Below are positions 1 to 12,974 of a DNA stretch of 64,000 nt, piece after piece. The stretch is taken from contig JBODTK010000118.1 of assembly GCA_050613775.1 (NCBI GenBank), positions 434,001 to 498,000 of the forward strand, given 5' to 3'. The DNA comes from Neocallimastix sp. 'constans' (lineage: Eukaryota). The notes beneath the pieces are model-generated. The model had not been told where the DNA came from, searched no databases, and saw nothing but the letters and a program-made list of their open reading frames with translations. Position numbers and translations under genes: made by a program. Positions within the stretch are counted from its first letter, which is position 1. Each line of letters starts with the position of its first letter.

Positions 1-2042
1 TATTTGAAAAGTCATAATTTAGATGTGTTATTATATTTATATATCAAAATAGAGCAATTTAAGGAATGTTTTAGTAATGAAGAATTTGATCTTGATACAA
101 TTGAAAATTATGGTAATAATATTATTAGTAATTTTATTTTTAATAATCCTAATGTTTTATTGGAAAATTTGATTCATCCAGCTATTGTCGAAAAGTATTA
201 TATTCGTATTGATAATAGTGTCTTGCGAGGAAATCTTTTTGATGAATTGCAAAAAGAAGTATCACTTACAATAAATCAAAAATTTTGGCCAATCTTTATG
301 AAAAATTATTATCAATCGAATGATGATAGTAGTACTCTTGATTCTGATCATAATGAAAGTGGTCAAGAATTAGAGGATGAATTTATTGTAGTTGATCCTT
401 ACGCCCTTCCACCAAATGTTAAAAATTTTGAAGAATATTCATTTGATGATATTATGATTAGTTCAAAGAATGATAATGCTTTATCTTCATTTATTAATCG
501 TATTCCTCCATTAAGACAAAAGACTTTAGTCACTAATAGATATAATTTATATAAACACAGAAGATGTCTTTCTGAAGGTGATATCATAACTATAAAAACT
601 TTTGGTACTGATTATATTAATAAAATGAAAAACATTTATGGTGAAAAATATATTATTAAGGATCATAAAAGAATAGATAGGCATTTAGATCATATTATTC
701 TTCTTACCCAAAATAAAATTAAACAGTATGGAGAAGATATTGTTACTAAAAGGAAAGAAGTATTAGCTTTAGATCAAACAATTGAACATGTCATGGATAA
801 CTTCAATCGTAGTGAAAATAAGGATGAAGAACTTTTCCAAATTACAATGAAAAATATTACTGGAAGGAAAATGGAATATCAAATGGAAATTGAAGAATTA
901 AACCAAGTTAGAACTTCTCTTGAAAATAAAATTGTTGAACTGAAAAAACATCAAATTTATAGGGCAAAGTATAAGATTATTATAATAGATCCATTACAAG
1001 ATTCATTTATAATCAACAATAAAAATATTCCTGATAACTATCAATTCCAATTAGAAGTCTATAATATAGTGAATACTAACGAAAAATATGAAATGACAAA
1101 GACTTATAAAGAGTTTTACAACTTTCATCGCCTATTAAAGCTTAAATATAAGAGTATTCCTGATTTCCCTACTTATGAATATATAATTTATAAGAAAAAA
1201 TTCTTTAGAAATCATTTAATTTCAAGAAAAGCACTTCCATTTGAACAAAGAGAATCTGTTTTTATTGATATATATAAAGTTCGTATGAGCGAATTGGTTC
1301 AAGAATTAGAAAACTATATAAATATTTTATCTAATATTCCAACAATTGGAGAAAATCCGGATTTTATAAAGTTCATTATAAAAACAATTCAAATTCCATC
1401 AGTACCATTAAGAGGTCCTTCTTCCGCGTCCATAGTAAATCAACGTTTACAACCGGAGATAGAAAATGACCGTAGAAGAAGAAGATCTTTCAATGATAAA
1501 AAATCTTTATCCTCTGTGATGAACTTCATTAAACCTACTAAAGGTAGTAATCGTAGAGAAAAATCTTCATCATTTTCTTTTAGTCGATTAAATGAAAAAA
1601 TTAATGAAAAAATTAGTGATAAAATCAATGATAAATTTTTTAGTCCAAATTCTACAGGTAGCACTAGTAGTCGTTTAAGAAAACTTGCACCAAACTTAAA
1701 TAGGACTTCTTCCAACGTATCTGATCGTGCCCCACTACCTAATGGTTCTATTCGTAATCATTTTGGTAACAGATATGATAGTCTTACTTCTAATGGCAGT
1801 AGAACAACATCAGTAAGTAGTATGAGTATGATAAGCAATGATAGTAATGCTAGTAGTCGAAATCCATCTTCAACAGATTTATTAACTAAGCGTAATGAAC
1901 AAGTCGAAATTTTTGAAGTTCAAAGTGAAGCTGATAGTATTAAAAATTCTAAATCTAATGAAGATCCTGTTAACATAAATATGAGTCAAGAAGCTATTGA
2001 TATGATTTTAGAATGTATTATATGGTAAGTTTATATTTTTTT

Positions 2043-2089
<47 letters not shown>

Positions 2090-2764
2090 AAATTTATAAT
2101 CTATTTATTTTATAATATATATATATATAATCATCTTTATTAAATATATATGTATATACCATATTTTAATTATATAATAATTAATATAATTTAATTTAAT
2201 CTTTATTATTATTTTAATTTATTAATTAGTTTGGTAGAAGAAATTTTCCAATTAAATAATCCAGATCAATGGATGAGACAAAAAGCTTTCCAAGTTGTAA
2301 AACAAGTAGCTTTAAAATCTTTCAGTTCAAAAATTAATAATATTTTATGTGCCTTTTTAGGAAAGGTATTTTCCGAAGAAAGTTTTACAAAATATGTTAA
2401 TTCTCTTACCAAAAATTTATTCCATAAGTATGAAGATGAAGAAAGTAATGAAGAGGATGGTAAATTATCACCTGATCAAGATCAAAATGAAATAAGTAAA
2501 AAGAAGAAGAAGAAGAAGAAGAAGGAAATTTCATATGAGGAAAAAGAAAAAGTTAAATATCATGCTAAGAAATTATTATTAACTAGTAATAAGATTCCAT
2601 TACATTATATCAGTAAAGTTGTAGGTACTAATAATACTCAGAATGGTATGATTCGACTTTTTAATATGTTCCAAGTTCCTGAATTTAATCGACATCTAAT
2701 GTGTGTAGTATTACAATCAGTAGTTATATGTGTTTTTGATAATGACGATATTGAAATGCTCTAA
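1..2764 (+). CDS. Sorting nexin of the Mdm1/SNX13-14-25 type (RGS-coiled coil-PX-Nexin_C), 5'-truncated by window edge; exons <1..2024, 2230..2764
   Basis: PX-like segment KTYKEFYNFHRLLKLKYKSIPDFP...ELENYINILSNIPTIGENPDFIKFI; Nexin_C-like LVEEIFQLNNPDQWMRQK...RLFNMFQVPEFNRHLMCVVLQ; intron gtaagt (2025) to ttag (2229) joins TG|T = Cys in frame. Confidence 0.8.
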
Positions 2765-2873
2765 TAAATGATAAAAAAAAAAATAAAAATAAAAATAAAA
2801 AAAAAAAAAAAAAAAGTAAAAATAGCAAAAATAAAAAAGTTAATAAATAAATAAATAAATAAATAAAATAATA

Positions 2874-2906
<33 letters not shown>

Positions 2907-2962
2907 CATAGAAAAAAAAATATTATATTTTGTATATGAAAATAAAACAAGACATAATAAGA

Positions 2963-3011
<49 letters not shown>

Positions 3012-3597
3012 ATCGTTAACAAATAATTTATATTCAAAATAAATAATATTAAAAATAACACCATATATATACGTTTTTTTTTTTTTTTTTTTTTTTTTTC
3101 TTCTAATTTAAATAAAGATTTTAAATTTTCTATTAAATTTTATTATTATAATTATTATTTTTTTTTTTTTTTATTTTTATCTTTTATCTTTTTTATCTTT
3201 TTATATTTGTAATTTAAATTTTTATTTTAATTATTCTAAAGTATCTTGATATATATTTATTTTTGTTTTTATTTTTTATTTTTAATTTAATAGATTTTAA
3301 ATAAATAATTTTTTTTTTCTATTTTTTATTTTTATTTTTATTTATTTATTTATTTATTTTTTTTTTTTTTTGATTTTCGTGTATAAGTTATTAAAATGTT
3401 TCTATTATTGCAAATATTGAAAATAAAATGTTATTGAAAATAAATTTAAATATTATTGAAGTATTTTTTCAAATTATAATAATACGAATATTAAAAGCCG
3501 ACTAAATTATTTCTTTTTGAAGAATAATTAATTATTATTATTATTATTATTATTGTTATTATTATTATTATCATTAATTTTTTTTTTTTTTTTTTTT

Positions 3598-5276
3598 TTA
3601 AATAGAGAATCTGATTTTAGCTTCGTCATTAATAATACAAACATGATCAAGATCTATTAATAATTAAATATTAAATTAAATTAATTATATTAGAGGAGAT
3701 TGCTCAAAATTAAATAATAAAAAAAAATTTTAAAAGTAATAAATTATTAATATAATGTTACCTCTGTAGTGCTCGTTATAATCTAAAGCATAACCAACGA
3801 TGAATTCATCTGGAATAGAGAAACCTATTATTTTTCACGAATAAATATTATTTTTTTTTTTTTTAAAATGAATAAATAAATGAATAAATAAATAATAAAT
3901 ATAATTTATTTATATATATTTTACTAAAATAGTGTTAAATACAAATATAGTAAATTAATATTATTATGTATATTTACCAACATAATCAGGCTGTTTTTTT
4001 TTTTTTTTGGATTAAAAAATTATTCACAAAAAAAAAAAACAAAAAACAAAAACAAAAAATTAGATAAAAAATTAATTGAAAGGGTTGAGTTAAAATAAAA
4101 TATTATCAAAAATGTTATAATATTTACAACATATGGGTAATCCATATTTTGTCTCTTCTTAATCATTAAACAAGCAACCTTGACACTTCTTGGATTGTAT
4201 TGCTTAAGAAGTTTTAATAATTCAATCATAGTTTTACCAGTATCAACTATAACAAAAATAATTTTTTTAATATATTTAATATTTATTACATTATATATTA
4301 ATATTACTTTTTCATTAATTTTTTATTACTATTTATATAAATAATAATACTTACTAAGATCTTCAACAATTAAAATATCCTATTAAATAATAAAATAAAT
4401 TATTAATAATATTATTATTTATTCACTTACTTATTATTATTATTATTATTAATTTATTTATTTATAATTACTATTATTTATTATTGTTATTCATTATTTT
4501 TTATTGACCATTATTGATATTTATTATTATTTATTATTTGTTATTTGTTACTAATAAATGTTACTATTATTTATTTATCTATTATTATTGTAATAAGTAT
4601 TATATTTTTTTTATTGAAAGATTAAATCTATTATAATTATTAATAATTACCTTTCCTTCAAATTTCTTTAAATCATTTTCAGATAAAGAAACTTGGATTT
4701 TACCAGTACTTTGAGTATTAACGTAACTCTTAACCTAATTTTTTTTTAAAAAAATATTAATATAAATTTTATATTATAAATTACATTAATATTAAACATA
4801 ACATTAATATTATGTTTGAAAAAAATTTTTTTTAAAAACGTACTTTAATGAAGTCATAAGTCAATGGAATTGAACTATTGTTTATCTTTCTGATTTTCTT
4901 CATCTTAAATTTTAATGTGTGAAATAAAAAATATTAGTTTTAATATAAAAATATAATCAATGATTTGTTATAAAAATTAATAATACATACATTGTGAACT
5001 AAATCAGAGAAGAATTGGTATCCACCCTTTAAAATACAGCATACATCTGTTATTAAAATGAATAATAAATTTTGTTAAAATGATTATTTTAAATTTATAA
5101 ATTCTTTACAACATATATATTATATTCAAATTAATATCTACTTAATGGTCCATCAGTATCTCTAACAACTTCTTCAGCTAAACGAGCAATTCTATCTTTG
5201 ACAAATCCATCTTTTTTTTGATAAGAATTATTGTACAGTGGGCAAATTAATTATTAATGAATAAATGAATTAACGA

Positions 5277-5310
<34 letters not shown>

Positions 5311-5328
5311 GTATATACATTTTTTTTC

Positions 5329-5372
<44 letters not shown>

Positions 5373-5597
5373 AGTATATTCAATATAACTTACTTGGAAT
5401 TAAAACACTTTTAATATCCTTTTTGTAATGTGGTGCTAGTTATTTGTTAGAAATTATATATAAAATTTAATTTCTTATCAATACATATAAGATCTAAAAT
5501 TATATAACGATGTAAAGTATTTACGAATGCAGAACAAATCTGGTGAATATTGAACATCACTAGTTATTTCAATCCACTTATTATTAAGAGAAGCCAT
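3598..5597 (-). CDS. HPRT: Hypoxanthine-guanine phosphoribosyltransferase, 11 exons (5597-5525, 5435-5394, 5210-5142, 5046-4991, 4903-4844, 4734-4651, 4379-4355, 4246-4128, 3990-3978, 3824-3762, 3653-3598)
   Basis: Spliced translation gives DLFCIPPHY...[41 protein letters not shown] motif [46 protein letters not shown]; all introns GT-AG and frame-consistent. Confidence 0.96.
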
Positions 5598-7130
5598 TGC
5601 TATTTAGAGTATTAGTTAAAAAAGATTTAAAATATAAATTCTATTTTTTTTCTTATTAAAAAAAAGGTATTTCTAATACTATTTATATAATATATATATA
5701 TATATATATTATTTTTTTTTTTTTTTTTTATTTTATTCTTAATATATAAATAAATAAATATATAAATACTAAATATTTATATTTACTTATTATTTTTAAT
5801 TAAAATAGTAATTTTTTAATGGCTAATGTAAAGATGATACATAAATCTTTTTTTTTTTTTTATTATTTTTGTTTTTGTTTTCCTCTCCTAAGCAGTGATT
5901 ATTTTAATATAATTTTCAATGATTTTTATATAGTTTATATATTTTATATATATAAATAAATTAAAAATGAAAAAAAAAAAAAAATTTTTTTATATTATTA
6001 ACAATTAAAGTTTGAAAATATTATTAAAAAAAATTTTTTTTATATTCAAATATTAAAAACTCTCCAATATTAATTGTTAGTAAAATATTGTTGTAGAATT
6101 AAGTAAAAAATTATGTATATAAATACAATAAATTAAATCTTTTATTACAATAAATTAATATGAAGTTATATGTGATTGTAATTTGTTCAATATAAAAATT
6201 TTTGTAAAAGAAAATATTAATATAAATAAATGTGATAATAGCAACCAATAAAATTACAATATATAATATATATAAAAATAATTTTTTTTTTTTTTTTTTT
6301 TTTAAAAAAAAACATGGCTACGATTAAAAGAATAAATAAAATATATTCAGAATATTTATTTTTGTGTGACAATATTAAAAAATATATGGCATAATGGGCA
6401 ATCCTTTTATTAACTAAACTCTCCTTTTTTAGCCTTTTTTAATTTTGGCTATTTTTTTTTTTTTTTAAAGAATATTTCTTTTTTACTTTATAAAAGAATA
6501 TATAATAATATAAGAATCAATATCAATAATAATTATTAATAAATGATAAAAAAAAAAAAAAAGCAAAAGGAACAGAATCTTAATGATAAAATATTGGATA
6601 TAAAAAAGTTTAAATCTTTTTATATGAAAAATTTTATAATATTTTTATATTTATTTAACTTTATATTTTTGTGATTTATTAAAAAATAAAAATAAATTAT
6701 CCGGAAAAAAAATTTGACAATTTATATATATATATAAATTTATATTGAATATATATTGAATATATATATTGATTATATATAAATTATATTTTATTATTCT
6801 TTTTTATTATTATTATATTGTATTACTATATATTAAAATATGTTAATTATTCTTCCTATTATTTTATTTTATATTATATATTTTTGTAACTATTCTTCCT
6901 ATTATTTTTATCTCATTTTATAATTATTATATATTAATATATTTTTTTTATTATTCTTCCTATCAATTTATTTTATTTCTAATATTTATTCATTTATAAA
7001 TTAATATATATTATATTATATAGAATGATTAAGTATTAAAAAAAAAAAAAAAAAATCCACATTATTTTTTTTAATAATATATTTTTATCATTAGTCATTA
7101 TATCATATTATATATAATTAACCTTTAATT

Positions 7131-9590
7131 ATGGAGTCGAATTATGGAAGCAATTCATATATGAGTAGTAGAGGGAGTGAAAGTGGTAGTTTTTCATATT
7201 ATACACCTTCAATAAATTCTAGACCAATGAAAAAAAAAGATAGTTATTCGAAATATAAATCAAATTCGTCATTATCTGAAGATGGATTCAAAATACCTAA
7301 TATAGATAATAGTACTATTAGATCAACTGATTCTTATGATAGTTTAAATTCAATTGGAGAAATTAATATTATTGAAATCGATAATGGAAATGAAAATCCA
7401 TTAAATTTACCATGTATTAATATTCATCAAAATAAAAATGTGGGTCTTTCAAAAAATAAAAATAAAAATTTTAGTAATAAAGCACAATCTCAAAATAAAA
7501 CTATAGTAAAACGTTCTAAAAATTCAAATACTGATAAAATAAATATATCCGAGGAAAGTCATTTATTCGAAAAATCAAATATTTTACCTAAAAGTATTTC
7601 TATTGATTCTAATAATATTACATCAAAGCAAAGTATGTAAAAAATAAATTATTTAATATATAATATAATATATAATGTATAATAGTTATTACAAGCATTT
7701 TAACTAAATATATATTAATTATACTTATATTGTAATACACCGTATATATTATATAATTAAATTATATTTATTTATTTATATTTATAGATAGTTGTAGTAC
7801 ACTGTCAACAGGTTTTAAATAAATAGCAATTTATTATTTATTAATTTAATAAGTATATATATTTTTATTCATAAAATATGTTTACTAATACTAACATAGG
7901 CTCTCTACATAAAGAAAAGAAAAAAAGTAAAAGTAGTATATTGACAAATACTTTTGATAGTAATATTTATTTAATTACGGTATGAACTAACTTTAAATTT
8001 GAATAAAAATAATATAATATAATATAATAAAATATAATATAATATAAAATATATATATTTATATAAAAGATAAAAAAAAAAATTTAAATAAATAAAAAAA
8101 TAAAATAACTATTATATATTTATTTAATGTTTTTTTTTTTTTATATTCTATATAAGAATGGAATAATTAATGAAAATACAAAGATTGTTGATTATATTAA
8201 AGAAGAAATGGAATTAGATAATAAAAAAAATGATAATATAGATAACAGCATTAGAGTTAAAAGGCAAACATCAGCAAAAGAAAGGAAAAATAAAACAGAA
8301 TTCCATTTGATTGATATTAATGATAAGAAAGTAAAAAAAAATAAAATTCAACAATATCAATCTATATATGACCCGAAAAGCAATTCAAAAGAAAATATGG
8401 AAAAAGAACTAAATTTATTAAAATCGTTATCAAAAAAACCTCCAAAAAAAAATTTAAAAAAGCAATTACCTATAAAAGATATAAAAATAGTTGATGATAA
8501 TGATATTATAAGTAATTATAATAAAATGGATATGAAAAGTTATAAAAGTGATTCCATAAAAAAGACTTGTCATGATGTAAAAATAGTTGATGACGATATT
8601 ATATGTAGTAATAGTAATGCAGACATAAAAAAATATAAAAGCAATTCCACAAAAAAGACCAATCAAAATAAAGTTGGAAAGAAAGATGTTATTATTAAAA
8701 ATAAAAAAAAGGACAAAATTATTGATAAAAAAATAAGTATTGATATGAGACCGTATGAAATAACGAATATAGATAGCAAAAATATATTAAATTTTGGAAA
8801 TACATCTAATCAAAATGAGTTAACAGAAATAGATAAAATGAAAGTAATATCTGAACATATTAATTTTCAAGAAAATGATGATGACATATTCAATTCTTTT
8901 GATATAATTAGGAATTCAATTAATAAAAATAAAAATATTGATACTAGTAATAAAATAATTGATGATGATAATCTGATTATTGATATAATTAATAGAACTG
9001 AAAGAAATAAAGAAAATGAATTTTCAGATAATAAAAGTATTTCTCAAAATAGTACTAGAAGTATCCGATCAATTGATACTGAAGAATGCATTAAAATCAT
9101 CATTGATAATAAAATTTCTAATTCTAATAATTCAGTAACAGTAAATACACTTGATCCTTTTGAAGTCAAAGAAAGTAATTTTGATACTTTTATTATGGAA
9201 ATTAATAATGATACTCTTACTATGGAAAATGATTTATTTTCTCAAAATTCACCTTTTAAAAATGAAAGAAACATAAATCCTATAACAAATAATGAAAATA
9301 ATGATAATGAATCAGTAGATAAACTAAATAAAAATGGAAATAATATGAATGAAGTAAATGTTAATGAATTAAATGTAACCCTTAATAATAATAATAATAA
9401 TGATGACAATAATAATGATAATAATAACAATAATAATAATAATAATGACAATAATAATGATAATAATAACAATAATAATAATGACAATAATAATGATAAT
9501 AATAACAATAATAATAATGACAATAATAATGATAATAATAACAATAATAATAATGACAATAATAATAATGATGACAATAATAATGATAAC

Positions 9591-9629
<39 letters not shown>

Positions 9630-11000
9630 GACAATAATAATAATAGTAATAATGAAGATTTAGTTAACAGTATTGAAAATAGGAATACTAATAAAATTAA
9701 TGATGATGATCCTAATAATAATGAAAACAGAGAAGATTTACATACTGATGAAATTAATAAAGACTTATATATAAGTAGTAATAAAAATAAATCTAATAAT
9801 GAAGAAAATTTTGATATAAATGATGAAAGTGACGATCAAAAAAATAATGAGAATAGCGACAAGAATAATAACGAAAGTACAAATAAAGATAATAGTAATA
9901 CCAATGATGGTGATTTATATAAAAGTGATATTAATGTAAATAATGAAGATATGATCAATAACGAAAAAACCAATGAAAATGATAACACTAAATTAAATGA
10001 GGAAAATGAAGATGAGAATAAAAATAGCATAGAAGATGATGAAATTAATAATGATATTAATGCGATATTAGAATATTTCAAAGACGAAGGAATAACTGGT
10101 GATTCAGAATTAATTCAAACTAATAAAGACAATAATAATGATAATAATGATGATAATAATGATGAGGATGAAATTATAAATGATAAAAATGACAATTCTG
10201 ATAAGAATTCTATTAGGGATAAAGATAATGAAGCAATAAATAATATGAAAGAAAATAGTGGAAATATTGAAAGTAAAGAAAAACAAATAAATGTCGAAAA
10301 CAATAGAGAAAGTAATAATGAAAATCAAGAAAATTCTCCTGATATAGAAAGTTCTAATGAAAATCAAGAGGATCATACTCATATGGAAAGTAATGATGAG
10401 GTTCAAGATCATTCTAATAATGATAATAAAAAGTTAAATGAAAATGAATTATTAGAGAATGATACTGGTGAAATAGAAAATATGAATAATAAAGATGATA
10501 TCTATAATAAAAGTACTGATGACAGTAAAAATAATGATACTAATAATATAACCATTAATGATGATAATGGTATTCAAGAGTGTAATATTAATAAGAATGA
10601 TATATCAATAACATCAAAATCATTGATATTGCCTTCTAAAACAATAAAAAATGAAATAATAAATAATAATAAAAATATTAGAGATGGATCAGGGAAAGTA
10701 AATTCAAAAATTTCATATAAACCTGAAAAAACTAATCATAAAAACAAAAAAAAGGTAGTAAAACAAAAACAAAAAAAATCTAGTAATTTCTTCCTAAATA
10801 CAATATTTCAAAAGACAACTAATAAATATTTATATGATATCAATGAAATAAATACTGATATTTCATATTCTTCTAATCAAGAAAAGTATACAAAAAAACA
10901 GTTACAGGTTGATCAAAATAATTTCTTATGGCTTCAAAAAAGGGCAGAAGTACTTTTTATAAATGAGTTATTACATTTTATAGAAAAGGAAAAAGATTAA
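7131..11000 (+). CDS. Large Asn/Asp/Lys-rich low-complexity protein of unknown function; exons 7131-7633, 7788-7811, 7900-7979, 8157-11000
   Basis: Two ORF-track ORFs (169 aa, 957 aa) join in frame through two small GT-AG exons with consistent phases (1,1,0); no recognisable domain. Confidence 0.7.
9385..9655 (+). repeat. Coding Asn/Asp repeat: (AAT)n with a ~33-nt higher-order unit encoding NNNDNNNDNNN
   Basis: aataataatgacaataataatgataataataac repeated several times in frame. Confidence 0.9.
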
Positions 11001-11012
11001 ATTTATAAATAA

Positions 11013-11047
<35 letters not shown>

Positions 11048-11286
11048 TAATGACAATTGTTATTGATTTCATTATTATTATTGATACTTTATTATTAAAA
11101 CAAACAAAAAAAAAATAGTATATAACATTTTTTTGCATTGTTACATAGTTAAAATAATTATAATGAATTTATAAATTAATATATAAATAAATTAAAAAGC
11201 ATATATTATAAATTATTATATACAAAGTAAATTTTTTAAAATTGTATTATTTTTTTTTAAATGAAATAGCATTATATAAATACATT

Positions 11287-11320
<34 letters not shown>

Positions 11321-11481
11321 AAAAAATTCAATAAAATATCCGGATAATGATTTATTAATAAAAATAAAATTATTTAAATTTTTATATAATTAAATTATAT
11401 ACATAATAAAAATATTGAAATTCATTAAAATATATATTAATAGATTTTAATATTTTTTAAAAAACAAAATTAATTTTATAA

Positions 11482-11516
<35 letters not shown>

Positions 11517-11554
<38 letters not shown>

Positions 11555-12350
11555 CCGCAATTATTGCAAACTTTAACTTTATTTATTCATTTATTAAGTA
11601 CATATATATATATATATTTAAAAAAAATGTACTGAATATAAAATATTAAATAAATTTAAATCTTTTATAAAAAAGATATCCTAAAATATGAAATTTTATA
11701 TAATCATCTCAAAATAAATTTAAATCTTTTATAAAAAAGATATCCTAAAATATGAAATTTTATATAATCATCTCAAAATAAAGTGTATAAATAAATTCAG
11801 AAAAAAGTTCGTATAATATGAACCTCACCTCAAAATTATAAGATTTCTGTTTAAAAGAATTCTTATACCGAATTAGGGTTTGAATTGACAATTTGAAAGA
11901 AATTATGATCTTCTCCTTCAGATGTATTGGCTCTACTGGCCCGTTTTAACTGCATTTTCAGCTTGCGCTTATACTTTTGGAATAGTAATCCTTGTCGAGT
12001 ACGATTCCTAAGTATAATTTCTGTAAAGAGAACCGCAGATAGCACCAAGTATGACATTTATGAATAATCACCAGGAATGATTTGACTATTAAACATCACA
12101 TATATAGTTTCGCGCTCATTATTCAGAAAATTACTAATATTAACATGATTATCACTATTTGATCTATTCACTACATTATTAGTAATGATACTACTATTAT
12201 TAATATTAATATTTTCACTTTCAATACTATAACTACTATTATTAACAACACTATTATTATTGCTATAATTATTATTATTAAAATTACACACTTCATTACT
12301 ACTATCAGAATTAGTACTTAATTCTATATTATTAATATCTTCGACAACAG
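11517..12350 (-). mobile_element. 3' end of a non-LTR (LINE-like) retrotransposon, family A, with poly(A) tail
   Basis: Poly-T 11517-11550 abuts gccgcaattattgcaaacttt; peptide LFQKYKRKL...SRANTSEGEDHNFFQIVNSNPN is shared with the copy at 48137-48385. Confidence 0.75.
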
Positions 12351-12786
12351 GGTCTATGTTACTTTATGATGTTGAAAAATATTCGATAATTATAAAAATT
12401 TTTTCATGAAGATTTCAAAATCCATAAAATATTAATAAATAAATAAATAAATAAATATTAATAAATGTATATATAGACACTGTACTTGTATGCTATGCAT
12501 TATCACACCTACAATAATAATTGTTTGGGCACTAAAGGAAATGGGTACCCATTATGTGTGTGTCTATATATTATATTATTATATATATAAAATCAAAATT
12601 TTTTTAATTTAATATATTTTTTTCTTATTTTATTTTTTACTTTTTATTTTTTGTCCATATATGTAAATAAATAAGGCATTTTATTATTATATATATATAA
12701 ATTCAAAATTTTTAATTTATTTTTACTTTTTATTTTTTGTCCGTATATATAAATAAATAACGCAAATTTATTTTAAAAATAAATAA

Positions 12787-12817
<31 letters not shown>

Positions 12818-12974
12818 ATAATAATAATATGATAATAGATTAATTATTATTATTATTATTATCATTAATTTTGCTTTTAAGATGTAATAATAAATATATT
12901 TAATATACTATTAAAATTATTATTTAAAAAAATATAAAATTATTATTATAATTGTTATTTATTAGTTAATTTGC

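Noticed and set aside
2724..2909. Poly-Phe ORFs here and at 28114-28359, poly-Lys at 39914-40105
   Set aside because: Products of homopolymer tracts
9242..10412. Leu/Ser- or Ile/Met-rich short ORFs on alternate frames and strand
   Set aside because: Shadows of the (AAT)n coding repeat in the Asn-rich gene
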